Shown piece after piece: positions 9,805 to 19,280 of a stretch of DNA of 64,000 nucleotides (its first letter is position 1; every line of letters starts with the position of its first letter). The notes below the pieces were generated by a model. It did no database searches. It saw only the letters and a list, made by a program, of their open reading frames with translations, and was not told where the DNA came from. A program made the translations under genes and the position numbers. The stretch comes from Myxococcales bacterium. Its GTDB lineage: Bacteria; Myxococcota_A; UBA9042; JABWCM01. The stretch spans positions 2,149 to 66,148 of the forward strand of contig JABWCM010000005.1 in the NCBI GenBank assembly GCA_013360285.1, read 5' to 3'.

Positions 9805-10607
9805 CTGAACAGTGCCTCCCGGAAATGGATTGGACTGCGCAATCCGATGAGTTTGGGGTCTTTATTCTTACGTTGAACCGCCCACACAAAAAAAACGCTC
9901 TCACCTTCACGATGTATCGGGAGTTGACCGACTGGTTTGTCGCGCTCGAGCGAAATCACGACGCACGTGTGGTCATCATTCGGGGAGCCGGGAAAGACTT
10001 TTGCTCGGGTGGTGATGTTCGGGAGATTATCGCGCCCCTGCTGGATCGTACCGCTGAACAACTGTTTGAGTTCACACGGATGACCTGCGACTTGATCGAG
10101 GCGATACGTGGTTTGTCTATCCCAGTTTTGGCGGCTGTTGATGGCGTCGCGGTAGGGGCTGGTTCAGTGATTGCGCTGGCCAGTGATATGCGGATTGTGA
10201 CTACACGTGCGCGGTTTGGGTTTTTGTTCGTCAAAGTGGGTCTTTGTGGTGCAGATATGGGGGCTGCGTATTTGCTGCAACGTGTCGTAGGACTCGGTCG
10301 AGCGACCGAAATGCTGATGTTTGGCGATTTTGTCGACGCCACCGACGCGCTAAGTTACGGATTAGCCAACCGGGTAGTTCCGCCGGAAGAATTGATGGAG
10401 ACCACGTTGACCTGGGCACGTCGACTTGCGGCCGGTCCCAGGTTGGGGCTGGCGATGACGAAACGGTCTCTCAACGATGCAATGGGGCTGGATCTGCGTA
10501 CCGCATTGGAGGCGGAGGCTCGAACTCAGGCTTTCTGTATGAAATCCGCCGATTTTCGCGAAGGCCACGACGCGTTTATCGAAAAACGTGGGCCGGTGTT
10601 TCGATAA
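9792..10607 (+). CDS. Enoyl-CoA hydratase/isomerase (crotonase) family protein
   Basis: Crotonase signature VVIIRGAGKDFCSGGDVRE and the oxyanion-hole region AAVDGVAVGAG. Confidence 0.85.
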   Translation: MRKMTEQCLPEMDWTAQSDEFGVFILTLNRPHKKNALTFTMYRELTDWFVALERNHDARVVIIRGAGKDFCSGGDVREIIAPLLDRTAEQLFEFTRMTCDLIEAIRGLSIPVLAAVDGVAVGAGSVIALASDMRIVTTRARFGFLFVKVGLCGADMGAAYLLQRVVGLGRATEMLMFGDFVDATDALSYGLANRVVPPEELMETTLTWARRLAAGPRLGLAMTKRSLNDAMGLDLRTALEAEARTQAFCMKSADFREGHDAFIEKRGPVFR

Positions 10608-10718
10608 TGACCTTCGGATATGGCTTGACACAACTGTGCCGTGATCCGCTGCGAATCGGGTTGCTAATTGAATCGAATTTGTCGTTAAATAAGTTGCGTG
10701 GCGCAGGGTGTTTGGGTA

Positions 10719-11900
10719 ATGAACAGTCCATCCTTTCAATTTCCTTACCTGTTTGATGACCATCACCGCGAGTTGTCCAAAGAACTGGATGCCTTCGTAC
10801 GCGATAACGTAGAGCCCATGGAACATCTTACCGCGGGATGGGACGAGGACCGCGCGGCGATGGAATGGGCAGGAATTCTGCGGAGTTCCGGCTTGGCGGC
10901 CCTGTGTGTCCCGCGTGCTTTCGGCGGCAGGTCTAACCAAGTCGATTTTCGATCCGTGTGCCTCGCCCGCGAAACGATTGCTTGGGGCAGTGGCTTTTGC
11001 GACACGCTGTTCGCGATGCAGGGACTGGGTTCTTATCCCATCACGTTGGCTGGGACCGATGACCAAAAACACCGTTTTCTCCCGGCCGTCGCCCGCGCGG
11101 ACACATTGTGCGCATTTGCGCTGACGGAGGAAGGCGCCGGTAGCGATGTCGGTGGAATAACCACCCAGGCTGTGCGAACAGCCGGAGGTTATTTGGTTAA
11201 CGGGCGGAAGTGTTTCATCAGCAACGCCGGTGTGGCAGATATATACGTGGTTTTCGCCCGTCTCGAGGGAACCGAGAAAACCAACGGAATCGTTGCGTTG
11301 ATTATAACCCCTGGAGATGAAGGGTTTTCGATCATCAAACGCCAACAAGTGATGGCACCTCATCCAATTGGTATTGTTGGTTTTCGTGATTGTTTCGTGC
11401 CCCACGACCGGTTACTAGGGCAGGAAGGACAGGGGTTTCGAATTGCGATGGCAACACTGGATCGATTTCGTCCCGGTGTGGGGGCAGCGGCGTTGGGAAT
11501 GGGGCAGCGTGCCATAGACGAGGCGCTGCACCACTCCCAGACCCGAGTGCAGTTTGGAAAGCCGTTGTTCGACTTTCAAATGGTGCAAGCACAGATCGCG
11601 ACCGCAGCCGTTGACCTCGAGGCGGCTCGGCTTTTGGTTTACCATGCCGCTTGGCACGCCGATCATGCCGGCGACCGCAGAATAACGCTCGAAGCGGCTA
11701 TGGCGAAGCTTCAAGCGACCGAAGCGGCGTTTCGTGCCATTGATACGGGTGTGCAACTGCACGGTGGAAACGGCGTGTTGGTTGGAAGTACCGTAGAGCG
11801 GTTGTATCGGGAGATTCGCGCGCTGCGTATATACGAGGGAACAAGTGAAATTCAGCGATTGGTGATAGCGCGGCATCTGAAAAAGGAAACAAAGACCTAG
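10719..11900 (+). CDS. Acyl-CoA dehydrogenase
   Basis: ACAD N, middle and C-terminal domains, with the [10 protein letters not shown] and QxHGGNG-like (QLHGGNGV) motifs and a catalytic Glu region near the C-terminus ([10 protein letters not shown]). Confidence 0.85.
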   Translation: MNSPSFQFPYLFDDHHRELSKELDAFVRDNVEPMEHLTAGWDEDRAAMEWAGILRSSGLAALCVPRAFGGRSNQVDFRSVCLARETIAWGSGFCDTLFAMQGLGSYPITLAGTDDQKHRFLPAVARADTLCAFALTEEGAGSDVGGITTQAVRTAGGYLVNGRKCFISNAGVADIYVVFARLEGTEKTNGIVALIITPGDEGFSIIKRQQVMAPHPIGIVGFRDCFVPHDRLLGQEGQGFRIAMATLDRFRPGVGAAALGMGQRAIDEALHHSQTRVQFGKPLFDFQMVQAQIATAAVDLEAARLLVYHAAWHADHAGDRRITLEAAMAKLQATEAAFRAIDTGVQLHGGNGVLVGSTVERLYREIRALRIYEGTSEIQRLVIARHLKKETKT

Positions 11901-12072
11901 TTTCCGTTTGCGCCACAACCCCCTAACCGGGATTTCTACCGAGAGCGATGGTCATCGCCCCGAGATTAGGAGAAATCCTGGTTAGATTAGAGCCGCTACT
12001 CCCCGACGACAAATATCGGAGCACCCGATTAGCACGACCTAAAACGGTTTTCCCAAACCGGACGGAGAAAAC

Positions 12073-12792
12073 ATGAAGCTGAAGTTTGAAATTGGAGCAG
12101 GCAAAACGGATTATGAAAAATATCTTCGTACCACCGAACTTCTTTCGTTGCAGAAAAGCCAGGCGGAACGCAGTTGTCCCGACGAACTTCAATTTCAGGT
12201 GGTCCACCAGATAGAAGAATTATGGATGAAACTGGTGCTTTCGGAACTGGAACGTGTTGAAGTTGCGCTCAATGCCGACGAGTTTTTGACCGCGACGCTC
12301 CTCTTACGGCGTATTCAAGAAGTCGAAAGGTTGATGGTTAATAATTTAGCGTTGTTGGATACCATGAGCCCGCTGGAGTATCAGAAAATTCGTATGGGCC
12401 TTGGCAACGGAAGTGGTATGGAATCCCCCGGATTTAACTGGATTTTGAACTATTCTCCGGCGCTCGGGACGGTTTTTGATCGCGTGTTGGCAAGATCGGG
12501 GGTGACCGTCGACGAAATTTATCGGAGCCCTGACACACATCAGCAGTTGTATATGGTGGCTGAAGGTTTATGTGAACACGACCAACAGTTTCACCGATTT
12601 TTGTATCACCATTGGTTGTTGATTCAGCGCATTATTGGTGGGCACGTGTTAAGTCTCAAGGGTGTTGAGGCAAACCAGGTTATGGTGCGTGTGATGCAAC
12701 GTTTTTATCCCGAGCTTTGGTCGGTTCGGGAGCGAATGACCAATGAGTGGAACGAAAAACGTGGTCTTACAAAACCGACCGAGCACGGCTAA
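12073..12792 (+). CDS. Tryptophan 2,3-dioxygenase-like (TDO family) protein, short form
   Basis: N-terminal pattern YEKYLRTTELLSLQ...PDELQFQVVHQIEELWMKL matches the TDO helix A/B signature (YxxYLxLDxLLxxQ...DExxFIxxHQxxELWxK). At 239 aa it is shorter than canonical TDO. Confidence 0.5.
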   Translation: MKLKFEIGAGKTDYEKYLRTTELLSLQKSQAERSCPDELQFQVVHQIEELWMKLVLSELERVEVALNADEFLTATLLLRRIQEVERLMVNNLALLDTMSPLEYQKIRMGLGNGSGMESPGFNWILNYSPALGTVFDRVLARSGVTVDEIYRSPDTHQQLYMVAEGLCEHDQQFHRFLYHHWLLIQRIIGGHVLSLKGVEANQVMVRVMQRFYPELWSVRERMTNEWNEKRGLTKPTEHG

Positions 12793-12847
12793 GCGCAACG
12801 AAATCGTTGGTTTGCAGTAATGTTGGCAAAAGAGAGCAGGTGAATAT

Positions 12848-13246
12848 ATGGCTGTTTCGCCCGAAGTCCGGCATGCGTGTTATCAGTGCAAAGAAGAGTT
12901 GATTTTTGATGTAAAAATTGGCCGCCGCGATATGTGTCCCAATTGTGGCGCCTACTTACATTGTTGTTTTAACTGTAAGTTTTGGGACAAAAACGTTCAC
13001 AACCAATGTACCGAAAACCAAGGTGAATTCATTCGTGATCGAGCAGAGGGCAACTTTTGTTTGTATTTCACTTTCCGCGAAGTGCCCGAAGATACCACTA
13101 CCGACGCGGACCGTGCGCGTGCTAAGTTAGACGCCTTGTTTGGTAAACCCAATGCCGCCGCTCCTTCTGCGGTATCGGGTCCCCCAAAAAAGCTAACGCC
13201 TGAAGAAGAAGCCCGAAAAAAACTCGAGTCTTTGTTCAAAAAATAG
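12848..13246 (+). CDS. Small Cys-rich (zinc-ribbon-like) protein with Lys/Glu-rich C-terminal tail
   Basis: Cysteine spacing CxxC...CxxC...CC..C...C...C. GAGCAGG Shine-Dalgarno upstream. No family recognised. Confidence 0.4.
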   Translation: MAVSPEVRHACYQCKEELIFDVKIGRRDMCPNCGAYLHCCFNCKFWDKNVHNQCTENQGEFIRDRAEGNFCLYFTFREVPEDTTTDADRARAKLDALFGKPNAAAPSAVSGPPKKLTPEEEARKKLESLFKK

Positions 13247-13383
13247 CCTCAACCAGCATTTCTAAAAAAGTTGGCCGTAAGAGTCCCAAGATGTTTAGAA
13301 ATTCGGACTGTGTGGAGGTTGGCGTTTTGTTTGTCGAACCCGGCTGCCTGAGTGCGCTATGTCAATGCCTCCGCGGGCCGAAT

Positions 13384-13407
13384 GTCTTGTCCAAAAAATG
13401 ACAAGAC
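13384..13407. terminator. Bidirectional hairpin terminator between convergent genes
   Basis: GTCTTGTC-CAAAAAAT-GACAAGAC perfect 8-bp stem, directly 3' of the minus-strand gene stop at 13415-13417. Confidence 0.55.
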
Positions 13408-13414
13408 ATGCGGT

Positions 13415-15673
13415 TTAGTGGCCGGGGCTCTGATGAGATGTGGTGTCAAGATGCCGCACAAGTTCCAGAGCGCCTGCATGATTTTGATTGATTTCCAGTG
13501 CTTGTTGGGTATGAAACTTCGCTTCGTCATAACTTTTTGACAAAAGCGCAATTTTGCCGAGTTCTACGTGAACATTGGCCACATCGGAAGGGTTTTGGGC
13601 TAACGCCAGGGTTTCCGACGCCAGAGTTGTTGCTTGGGTAAGCTCTCCGGTTCTTATGAACATTCTCGTTAAGTTAACGCGCGGTCCTGCCGCCCAAGGA
13701 CGTAATTCCACCGCGCGTTGGGTTGCTGTGATCGCGGCAGCAACGTCTCCCATCCGATCCAGCACCGCACCGAGATTGGCAAGTGAACGGTCATAATCGG
13801 GAGCGATGTTGAGGCTCGCGGCGAGTATCGCGGATGCCGATTGTAAACGATTTTGCTGGGCTTCCCACAGAGCCCCCTGCCGAAGGCATTCGGCAATTAA
13901 ATGGGCGCTCTCCAAGGTCGGTGGTGTGTGTAACCATTGCGACCATCGTTTGACGGTGTCCAGCGTATCCGCAAGCGGGTAGGGCGATTGTGGTGCTGCC
14001 GCAGCATCCGCGGAGGGTAGGTTTGGGTTCAAACCCGATAACGTGCCGGAAAACAGTGGGAACGATGGCGTCAACTGAGTTCGCCACAAACTGTCGAAAG
14101 ACGGCTGACCTGTTTCCCAGACCCCGGTAGAGTGGGCTACTGGAACATCGGCCATACTCGCCAGAATCTGCCGCTGCTCCTCGGTGTACATCCAGCGGTT
14201 CGATGCCCGAGCCGCCTGAGATAGACGGAGGGTCCGGTCGGGAATCTGTGATTTGTACAAACGCCCCCATCTGGTTACGGCGTTATGGTCATAGACATGC
14301 GACGAAAAAATGACGGCGACATCCGGGCGGGCTCCATCGACGGCAGTAAGATAAGCAAGTGCCGCGGACATGTCGTCTGACGCCACAAACAGTCGGCCTC
14401 CCGGTGCAGTTTGCTGCAGAATGGCGTGGCCAACGAGGTCCGCATACTGGTCATTTTTCCTGGTTGGACGGTCCGGTGCCGAAATCGTTGGTAGGGCGAG
14501 TAAAATAGCCAATGATGTTAGGCAGATAGACCGAATCAGCGCCGATTTGGGCGCTTTGATACAAATGACATGGTATAGCCAAACCCCGCCATAAGCGGAC
14601 AAGATCGTGGACACAACAATAGACGGTACTGCGGTTTGGCGGTCGACGATTCCCATCGGATTCACCCACACAGAAAACGCACCGTCGATCGCCCAAATAA
14701 ACACCAATGCTGCGGCGAATTTCTTCTGATTCGAACGCCAAACGGCATAAAGTCCGAATATCCCAAAGAATATCAACCATGTCGCTCCTTCCCAAAGCTG
14801 GAGCCAGTATTGCTCCAGCCACATTTGGGTCGTCGCCCAGGAATGAATGCCCATGGAGTCGGCAAACGCCATCCGAATGGAGGCGCCGGACACATGTGCA
14901 ACAAATCGATCCAGTGTTGTGGGGTCTCCCCAGTTCCAAAACGGGTCCGCCAAGGCAGTGAGCGGCAAATACAGATAGACCAAAGGTGCCGTGATGGCTC
15001 CCGCCACGAGAAAACGGGCATCGAGCCCCAAGTATCTACGTTTCGCTGCCGTCGAGATGGATGCCACCACCATCATCACAAGTAATACAAGAATGGGTGT
15101 GGCCAATATATGGGTGCCAACGCCGAACGCGGCTATAAAGTATAGAAACCACCTCAAATAGGGTGCATCTGGATCGTGTGTCCACGCTACAAAGACCGCC
15201 AGAGACAGTGTTATCGCCATCGCGAGCGGGCTGTAGACTTCAGCAGTGGTTGAAATGAGATCAAACGTGGGAGATTGAAGTAAGATACCGACCGATAGGA
15301 TCGCTCCAATCCAGACGGATATCGATGAGATCGTTGGCGGTTTTAGGCGTTCGGCTATTTTTGTAACGGAATAGACACACGCACCTACGGCAACCGATGC
15401 ACATATCACGCTGACCATTGTCACGCGGAAAGCTACGTTTCCCACGGGAATCATGCTCGCTAATTTAGCAAACAACATGTAGGTGGGAAACCCGGTGGGA
15501 TGAGGTACCCCCAGAACGAACCCCGCCGTAGTGAGTTCGCCCGCATCTTTCCAGTACAGGCCGGGAACACAAGACCAAAGAAACCACACAAAAGCAACTC
15601 CGCCGGCAGCGAATGCCATCTGAATTGCTCGCGGTTGGTGAAGTAATTGCTGTTTGAAAAAACGTTCGTGCAC
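13415..15673 (-). CDS. DUF2723-like multi-pass membrane protein with C-terminal TPR repeats (putative PMT/ArnT-fold glycosyltransferase)
   Basis: N-terminus WKDAGELTTAGFVLGVPHPTGFPTYMLFAKL plus ~11 TM helices. The C-terminal ~250 aa hold TPR repeats (LANLGAVLDRMGDVAAAITATQRAVEL...). Confidence 0.55.
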   Translation of the reverse strand: MHERFFKQQLLHQPRAIQMAFAAGGVAFVWFLWSCVPGLYWKDAGELTTAGFVLGVPHPTGFPTYMLFAKLASMIPVGNVAFRVTMVSVICASVAVGACVYSVTKIAERLKPPTISSISVWIGAILSVGILLQSPTFDLISTTAEVYSPLAMAITLSLAVFVAWTHDPDAPYLRWFLYFIAAFGVGTHILATPILVLLVMMVVASISTAAKRRYLGLDARFLVAGAITAPLVYLYLPLTALADPFWNWGDPTTLDRFVAHVSGASIRMAFADSMGIHSWATTQMWLEQYWLQLWEGATWLIFFGIFGLYAVWRSNQKKFAAALVFIWAIDGAFSVWVNPMGIVDRQTAVPSIVVSTILSAYGGVWLYHVICIKAPKSALIRSICLTSLAILLALPTISAPDRPTRKNDQYADLVGHAILQQTAPGGRLFVASDDMSAALAYLTAVDGARPDVAVIFSSHVYDHNAVTRWGRLYKSQIPDRTLRLSQAARASNRWMYTEEQRQILASMADVPVAHSTGVWETGQPSFDSLWRTQLTPSFPLFSGTLSGLNPNLPSADAAAAPQSPYPLADTLDTVKRWSQWLHTPPTLESAHLIAECLRQGALWEAQQNRLQSASAILAASLNIAPDYDRSLANLGAVLDRMGDVAAAITATQRAVELRPWAAGPRVNLTRMFIRTGELTQATTLASETLALAQNPSDVANVHVELGKIALLSKSYDEAKFHTQQALEINQNHAGALELVRHLDTTSHQSPGH

Positions 15674-15681
15674 GAAAGAAA

Positions 15682-17955
15682 TTACGGCACGTAGATTTCG
15701 GAATAGGGAACCAGGTCCGGCGTGTCGGAGTCATTGGACAGATTCATTCCGCCGCTGACCAACACCGCACCTTTAAGCGGGCCGCGGGTGATAAGCGTAG
15801 CCGAATGTCCAAATCGTGGTATCGTCATTTGAACCGTTTCGGCTTCGTACGAATTGGCTTGTGGGTCGTAGAGCAACGCCGTTGACGTGGCACGGTTGTC
15901 GTTGTTGAGGCCGCCGGTGATAAGAATTTTCCCGGTGTTCAGTAACGTTGCGGTGTGGTGGGTGCGAAATGTTGCTGGAGCGCCGCCACTTACCCCGCTT
16001 GTGCTCGCTTCGTCGCCCGCAAGTGTTGGGGTTTCGCCATCGGCATTTTGTAACGTCAACAAGTAGGTCGGTAAATTAGCGGGTCCATCGAACGCCTCCC
16101 CGGAAACGCCGCCAATCGATACCGCTGTGGTGGTCCCCGGAATGCTCACAACACGCGAAAACTTGGCGCGGCGCAACTCGCCCACACCGTTTGCTTCCAA
16201 AGCAACAAAACCACCGGATTTGCTTTCATCGCCGCTGCGAAATAGCTCTCCAACCGGTGCCGTTACGGATTGGGCTCCGCCGATGATGGCGAATGCGTCG
16301 CATGCACCGTCCGCGGCGCGCGCAAAACACGCCGTGGAAGCAGCCGAACGGGCCACGGTGAACACATTGGGATTCACAAGGCAATTTGCCTGTACCGGCG
16401 CCTGAAAAACGCAGTTTGCTACGAGATTTGCGCTGGTGTACTGATTGACTGTTGTCGGAGAAGTGTCCCATTGAGTCGCTGGAGTATCTTTCGGGGCGAA
16501 ACCGCCCGAGAACATAAATTCCGCGTTGTTGCCATTTCGTGCGATGTCAACGGCCTGAAGTGCAATGGGTTGGGGCTCTTTGGCCTTGACAGCGTCTTTG
16601 TTGACGGTGGCTTCGAGCGGATAAACTTTGGCTCTTGGGTTGGATCCGGTGGTATCCAGCAACAGGATGTTGGACAACAAATTGTCGCCGCCGTCAGGTC
16701 CCGTAGCACTTGGCACTAATTTAAGGCGCCGCACTCCGGCGCCATCGGCGGTCACTTTGATATCGGTTGCCCGAAGGCCACCGGACAACGCAAGCAGCAG
16801 GCCATCGCGCGATAACGCCATGGTGTGAAACGCGCGGTTTAGGTCTACCGGTGCAAAACTGGATGCTTCTGCGCCGGAATAGTCCACCGTTTGGAATGTA
16901 AACGTGTCGGGATCGAACAATTCAACCGGGGCGTCTCCTGCGACAAAGTTACCCACGCGTCTAGTCAACCCACCCGTGAACAGGATGTTGCCGTTTTGCA
17001 GGCCGGCCGCTGCATGAAACGCCCGTGGTACAAGGTTGTTTAGCGGAAAGTATGTCCGCAGTGTGCACCGGTTGCCGGTTCCGCAGGTACTATAAGGATA
17101 AATCGCCGAACAATCGTCATCTGCATCGCATTCGGTGGTCAACAACGATTCAAATGGATTATCAACCGTGCATGCCCCGGCATTGCAGCGAATCGGCGCT
17201 CCAGGCAGTGAAGTCAACGCTTTTTGTTCCTCGGTACACTGTTTTTTTAGGTCATTTTTGAATGCGTCGATACACTCGCAGTCTGTGGTACAGGTCGTTA
17301 AAGCGACATTTCGCGTAAAAGTCTCAAGTGCTGCATCCGGTGTTGGAAGTGCCGAAAAATGTCCGACACACAACGGGGAAAGATAGTAGGTACGCGGGTC
17401 ATTTTCCCGAACCTCGACACCGCCTCGAAGTCCGATGAAGGTGCGTTCAGTACAATTGTCATCGCTGAACGCTTCAAACAGCATCGTGATGTTGGCGCGA
17501 GGTTTGATGTCCCCCACCTGAATCACCGTTGCATTTTCCAGACGACCACCGGCGTCTTTACACGCTTGTGCACGGTCGTCTTGCGATGAGTTGCTGACCG
17601 CATCCATTCGAACGTTGGCACCGACACACTGGACGAACGACAAACATCCGTCGGGTGCTTTTCCTTTATCACTGGTGTCAAACAACGCATTTGCAGCCGC
17701 GGGATCGTCGGGAGTTCCATCGAACAACCGAAGTCGGACACTGCGCACATCCGGGTAAGATAACGTAGCCGGACAGGTTGCGGAAAATGCCCCATCTGCC
17801 TTTAACGCCACCGAAACCTGAACCAATCCGTGGGTATCGCCGTTTTCTACCTCAGAACTGGTAGTGCACGCCGCGGCGAGCATGACTGCGCCTATGGAAA
17901 CGTAAATAGCTATGGGCAACTCTGCTGAAGGAAGAGAATTCATCGGTTTGTTCAT
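15682..17955 (-). CDS. Secreted lipoprotein with Kelch-like beta-propeller repeats and a Cys-rich insert
   Basis: Lipobox ...VMLAAAC. Repeated blades LFTGGLT..., ILITGGLNND..., VLVSGGMN.... Translationally coupled to the upstream gene by a 4-bp overlap. Confidence 0.5.
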   Translation of the reverse strand: MNKPMNSLPSAELPIAIYVSIGAVMLAAACTTSSEVENGDTHGLVQVSVALKADGAFSATCPATLSYPDVRSVRLRLFDGTPDDPAAANALFDTSDKGKAPDGCLSFVQCVGANVRMDAVSNSSQDDRAQACKDAGGRLENATVIQVGDIKPRANITMLFEAFSDDNCTERTFIGLRGGVEVRENDPRTYYLSPLCVGHFSALPTPDAALETFTRNVALTTCTTDCECIDAFKNDLKKQCTEEQKALTSLPGAPIRCNAGACTVDNPFESLLTTECDADDDCSAIYPYSTCGTGNRCTLRTYFPLNNLVPRAFHAAAGLQNGNILFTGGLTRRVGNFVAGDAPVELFDPDTFTFQTVDYSGAEASSFAPVDLNRAFHTMALSRDGLLLALSGGLRATDIKVTADGAGVRRLKLVPSATGPDGGDNLLSNILLLDTTGSNPRAKVYPLEATVNKDAVKAKEPQPIALQAVDIARNGNNAEFMFSGGFAPKDTPATQWDTSPTTVNQYTSANLVANCVFQAPVQANCLVNPNVFTVARSAASTACFARAADGACDAFAIIGGAQSVTAPVGELFRSGDESKSGGFVALEANGVGELRRAKFSRVVSIPGTTTAVSIGGVSGEAFDGPANLPTYLLTLQNADGETPTLAGDEASTSGVSGGAPATFRTHHTATLLNTGKILITGGLNNDNRATSTALLYDPQANSYEAETVQMTIPRFGHSATLITRGPLKGAVLVSGGMNLSNDSDTPDLVPYSEIYVP

Positions 17956-18965
17956 TTCAACTGGCTGCGGAGAAGGAAATCTTGATCGGGGCGTTGCCCG
18001 ATTAGAAGGTTCACATTGCCGGTTGCCGCGGCTTCGGAATCAAAAGCGCCGGCCGCGGCGGCGATTCCAACCCCGGCTCCGGCTGCTGCCACCCCAACGG
18101 CGGTCCAAAACCACCACGTCTCATAAAATTCTGGACCGTCTTCTTCTTCATCACCTTTGGGGCCGGTATCTTGTTGACTCCCATCGGTGGGCGTGGGTCC
18201 GGGAGTGACCGCGACATCAGGCGATTTCGACAGGGAAACATTGAGTTCTACATTTTTGTCACGAATAACAAGCTCGCGAATCGCATCGTCGTGACCGTTT
18301 AAGACCAACCGCAGGCTGTATTTGCCTTGTACTTTTGTAAAGGTGGACGGTGTTTTGCCCATATTCTTGTTATCAAGGTACACGGTTGCTCCGCTCGGTT
18401 CCGACAGAATACGTACCGTGACCTCCTTGGGCTCTTCTTTTTTGGGCTCTTCTTTTGGGGGTTCGGGTTTAGGTGCTTCCCCCATCAACGCGACCGCCGC
18501 GATGGCCGTGGTTTTTGCGAGCGCATCGACCGAAGCGGCGCTCTGGTTGTCTTGGGCAACCTGTTCCCCTTTTTTGACATCGATAAGCCGAACCACCAAC
18601 TTAAGACTTCCTTTTTCACCGGTTACTTCGCCAAACAAAACCAGGTCTGCGTTGTTTGTTTTCCCAATGGTTTGAAGACAAGCGGTATCCGGTTCTACAC
18701 ATTCCGCGTCGAACATCAGATCGATGATTTCGGCGTCCGGAGTAGGCAGCGCTTTGTATTTTGGGCGAGCGGTGATTTCTTGAGTGAGGGCTTCGGTGAT
18801 CTTTTTTTGGTCGTTTTTGTCCAGTTTTGAACCAACCACGACCTTCAACGGCAGTACGGACCGTTGTTGCGTTTGCGCGTGGGCGACTGTTGCCCACCAA
18901 GGAATTCCCCCAATCATGGCTAAAACAGCGATGATTATTTTTGTCGATGTCGGCATCCGGTTCAT
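17952..18965 (-). CDS. PEGA domain-containing secreted protein with C-terminal TM anchor
   Basis: Signal peptide. PEGA motif VRILSEPSGATVYLDNKNMGKTP. PEPPKEEPKKEEPKE linker. C-terminal hydrophobic WWFWTAVGVAAAGAGVGIAAAAGA. Confidence 0.6.
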   Translation of the reverse strand: MNRMPTSTKIIIAVLAMIGGIPWWATVAHAQTQQRSVLPLKVVVGSKLDKNDQKKITEALTQEITARPKYKALPTPDAEIIDLMFDAECVEPDTACLQTIGKTNNADLVLFGEVTGEKGSLKLVVRLIDVKKGEQVAQDNQSAASVDALAKTTAIAAVALMGEAPKPEPPKEEPKKEEPKEVTVRILSEPSGATVYLDNKNMGKTPSTFTKVQGKYSLRLVLNGHDDAIRELVIRDKNVELNVSLSKSPDVAVTPGPTPTDGSQQDTGPKGDEEEDGPEFYETWWFWTAVGVAAAGAGVGIAAAAGAFDSEAAATGNVNLLIGQRPDQDFLLRSQLK

Positions 18966-19115
18966 TCTTTCGTCGCCTCTCGGTTTTCGGCTCGACGCCG
19001 AGCCACGGCATGGGATGCTACTCTATGGCAAGAAACAGTGTCAACGCACCGCATAAGATTGCAGGTGGTTTGGGTGCGTCGGGTGATGGGAGTTCTCGCA
19101 AATGGGCACCTACCT

Positions 19116-19278
19116 AGGTGTGTGGTGTTTTTAGATGAAATTTGTGTCCTGGCCGCCTTTGGCCGCCTCGCCCGCAAAAATCCCTGCGGCATATTCCGGA
19201 TATTCCTCAGGATTTTTTCCGACGATTCGGCTCAAATTCGGCTGGCCAAAAATTCCCCTAAAAAACACCACACACCCA
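19116..19278. mobile_element. MITE-like element with perfect 16-bp terminal inverted repeats
   Basis: GGTGTGTGGTGTTTTT at 19117-19132 and its exact reverse complement AAAAACACCACACACC at 19263-19278. The internal ~110 bp match the copy at 4995-5140. It lies between the PEGA gene start and the metalloprotease gene stop. Confidence 0.7.
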
Positions 19279-19280
19279 GC

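Noticed and set aside
10362-11405. 347-aa minus-strand ORF
   Set aside because: Antisense to the enoyl-CoA hydratase and acyl-CoA dehydrogenase genes, with no homology signals.
11922-11988. Imperfect inverted repeat CTAACCGGGATTTCT ... AGAAATCCTGGTTAG in the ACAD-TDO intergenic region
   Set aside because: It could be an attenuator or terminator. However, the loop is long (~37 nt), there is no U-tract and no conservation evidence, so it is not reported as a feature.
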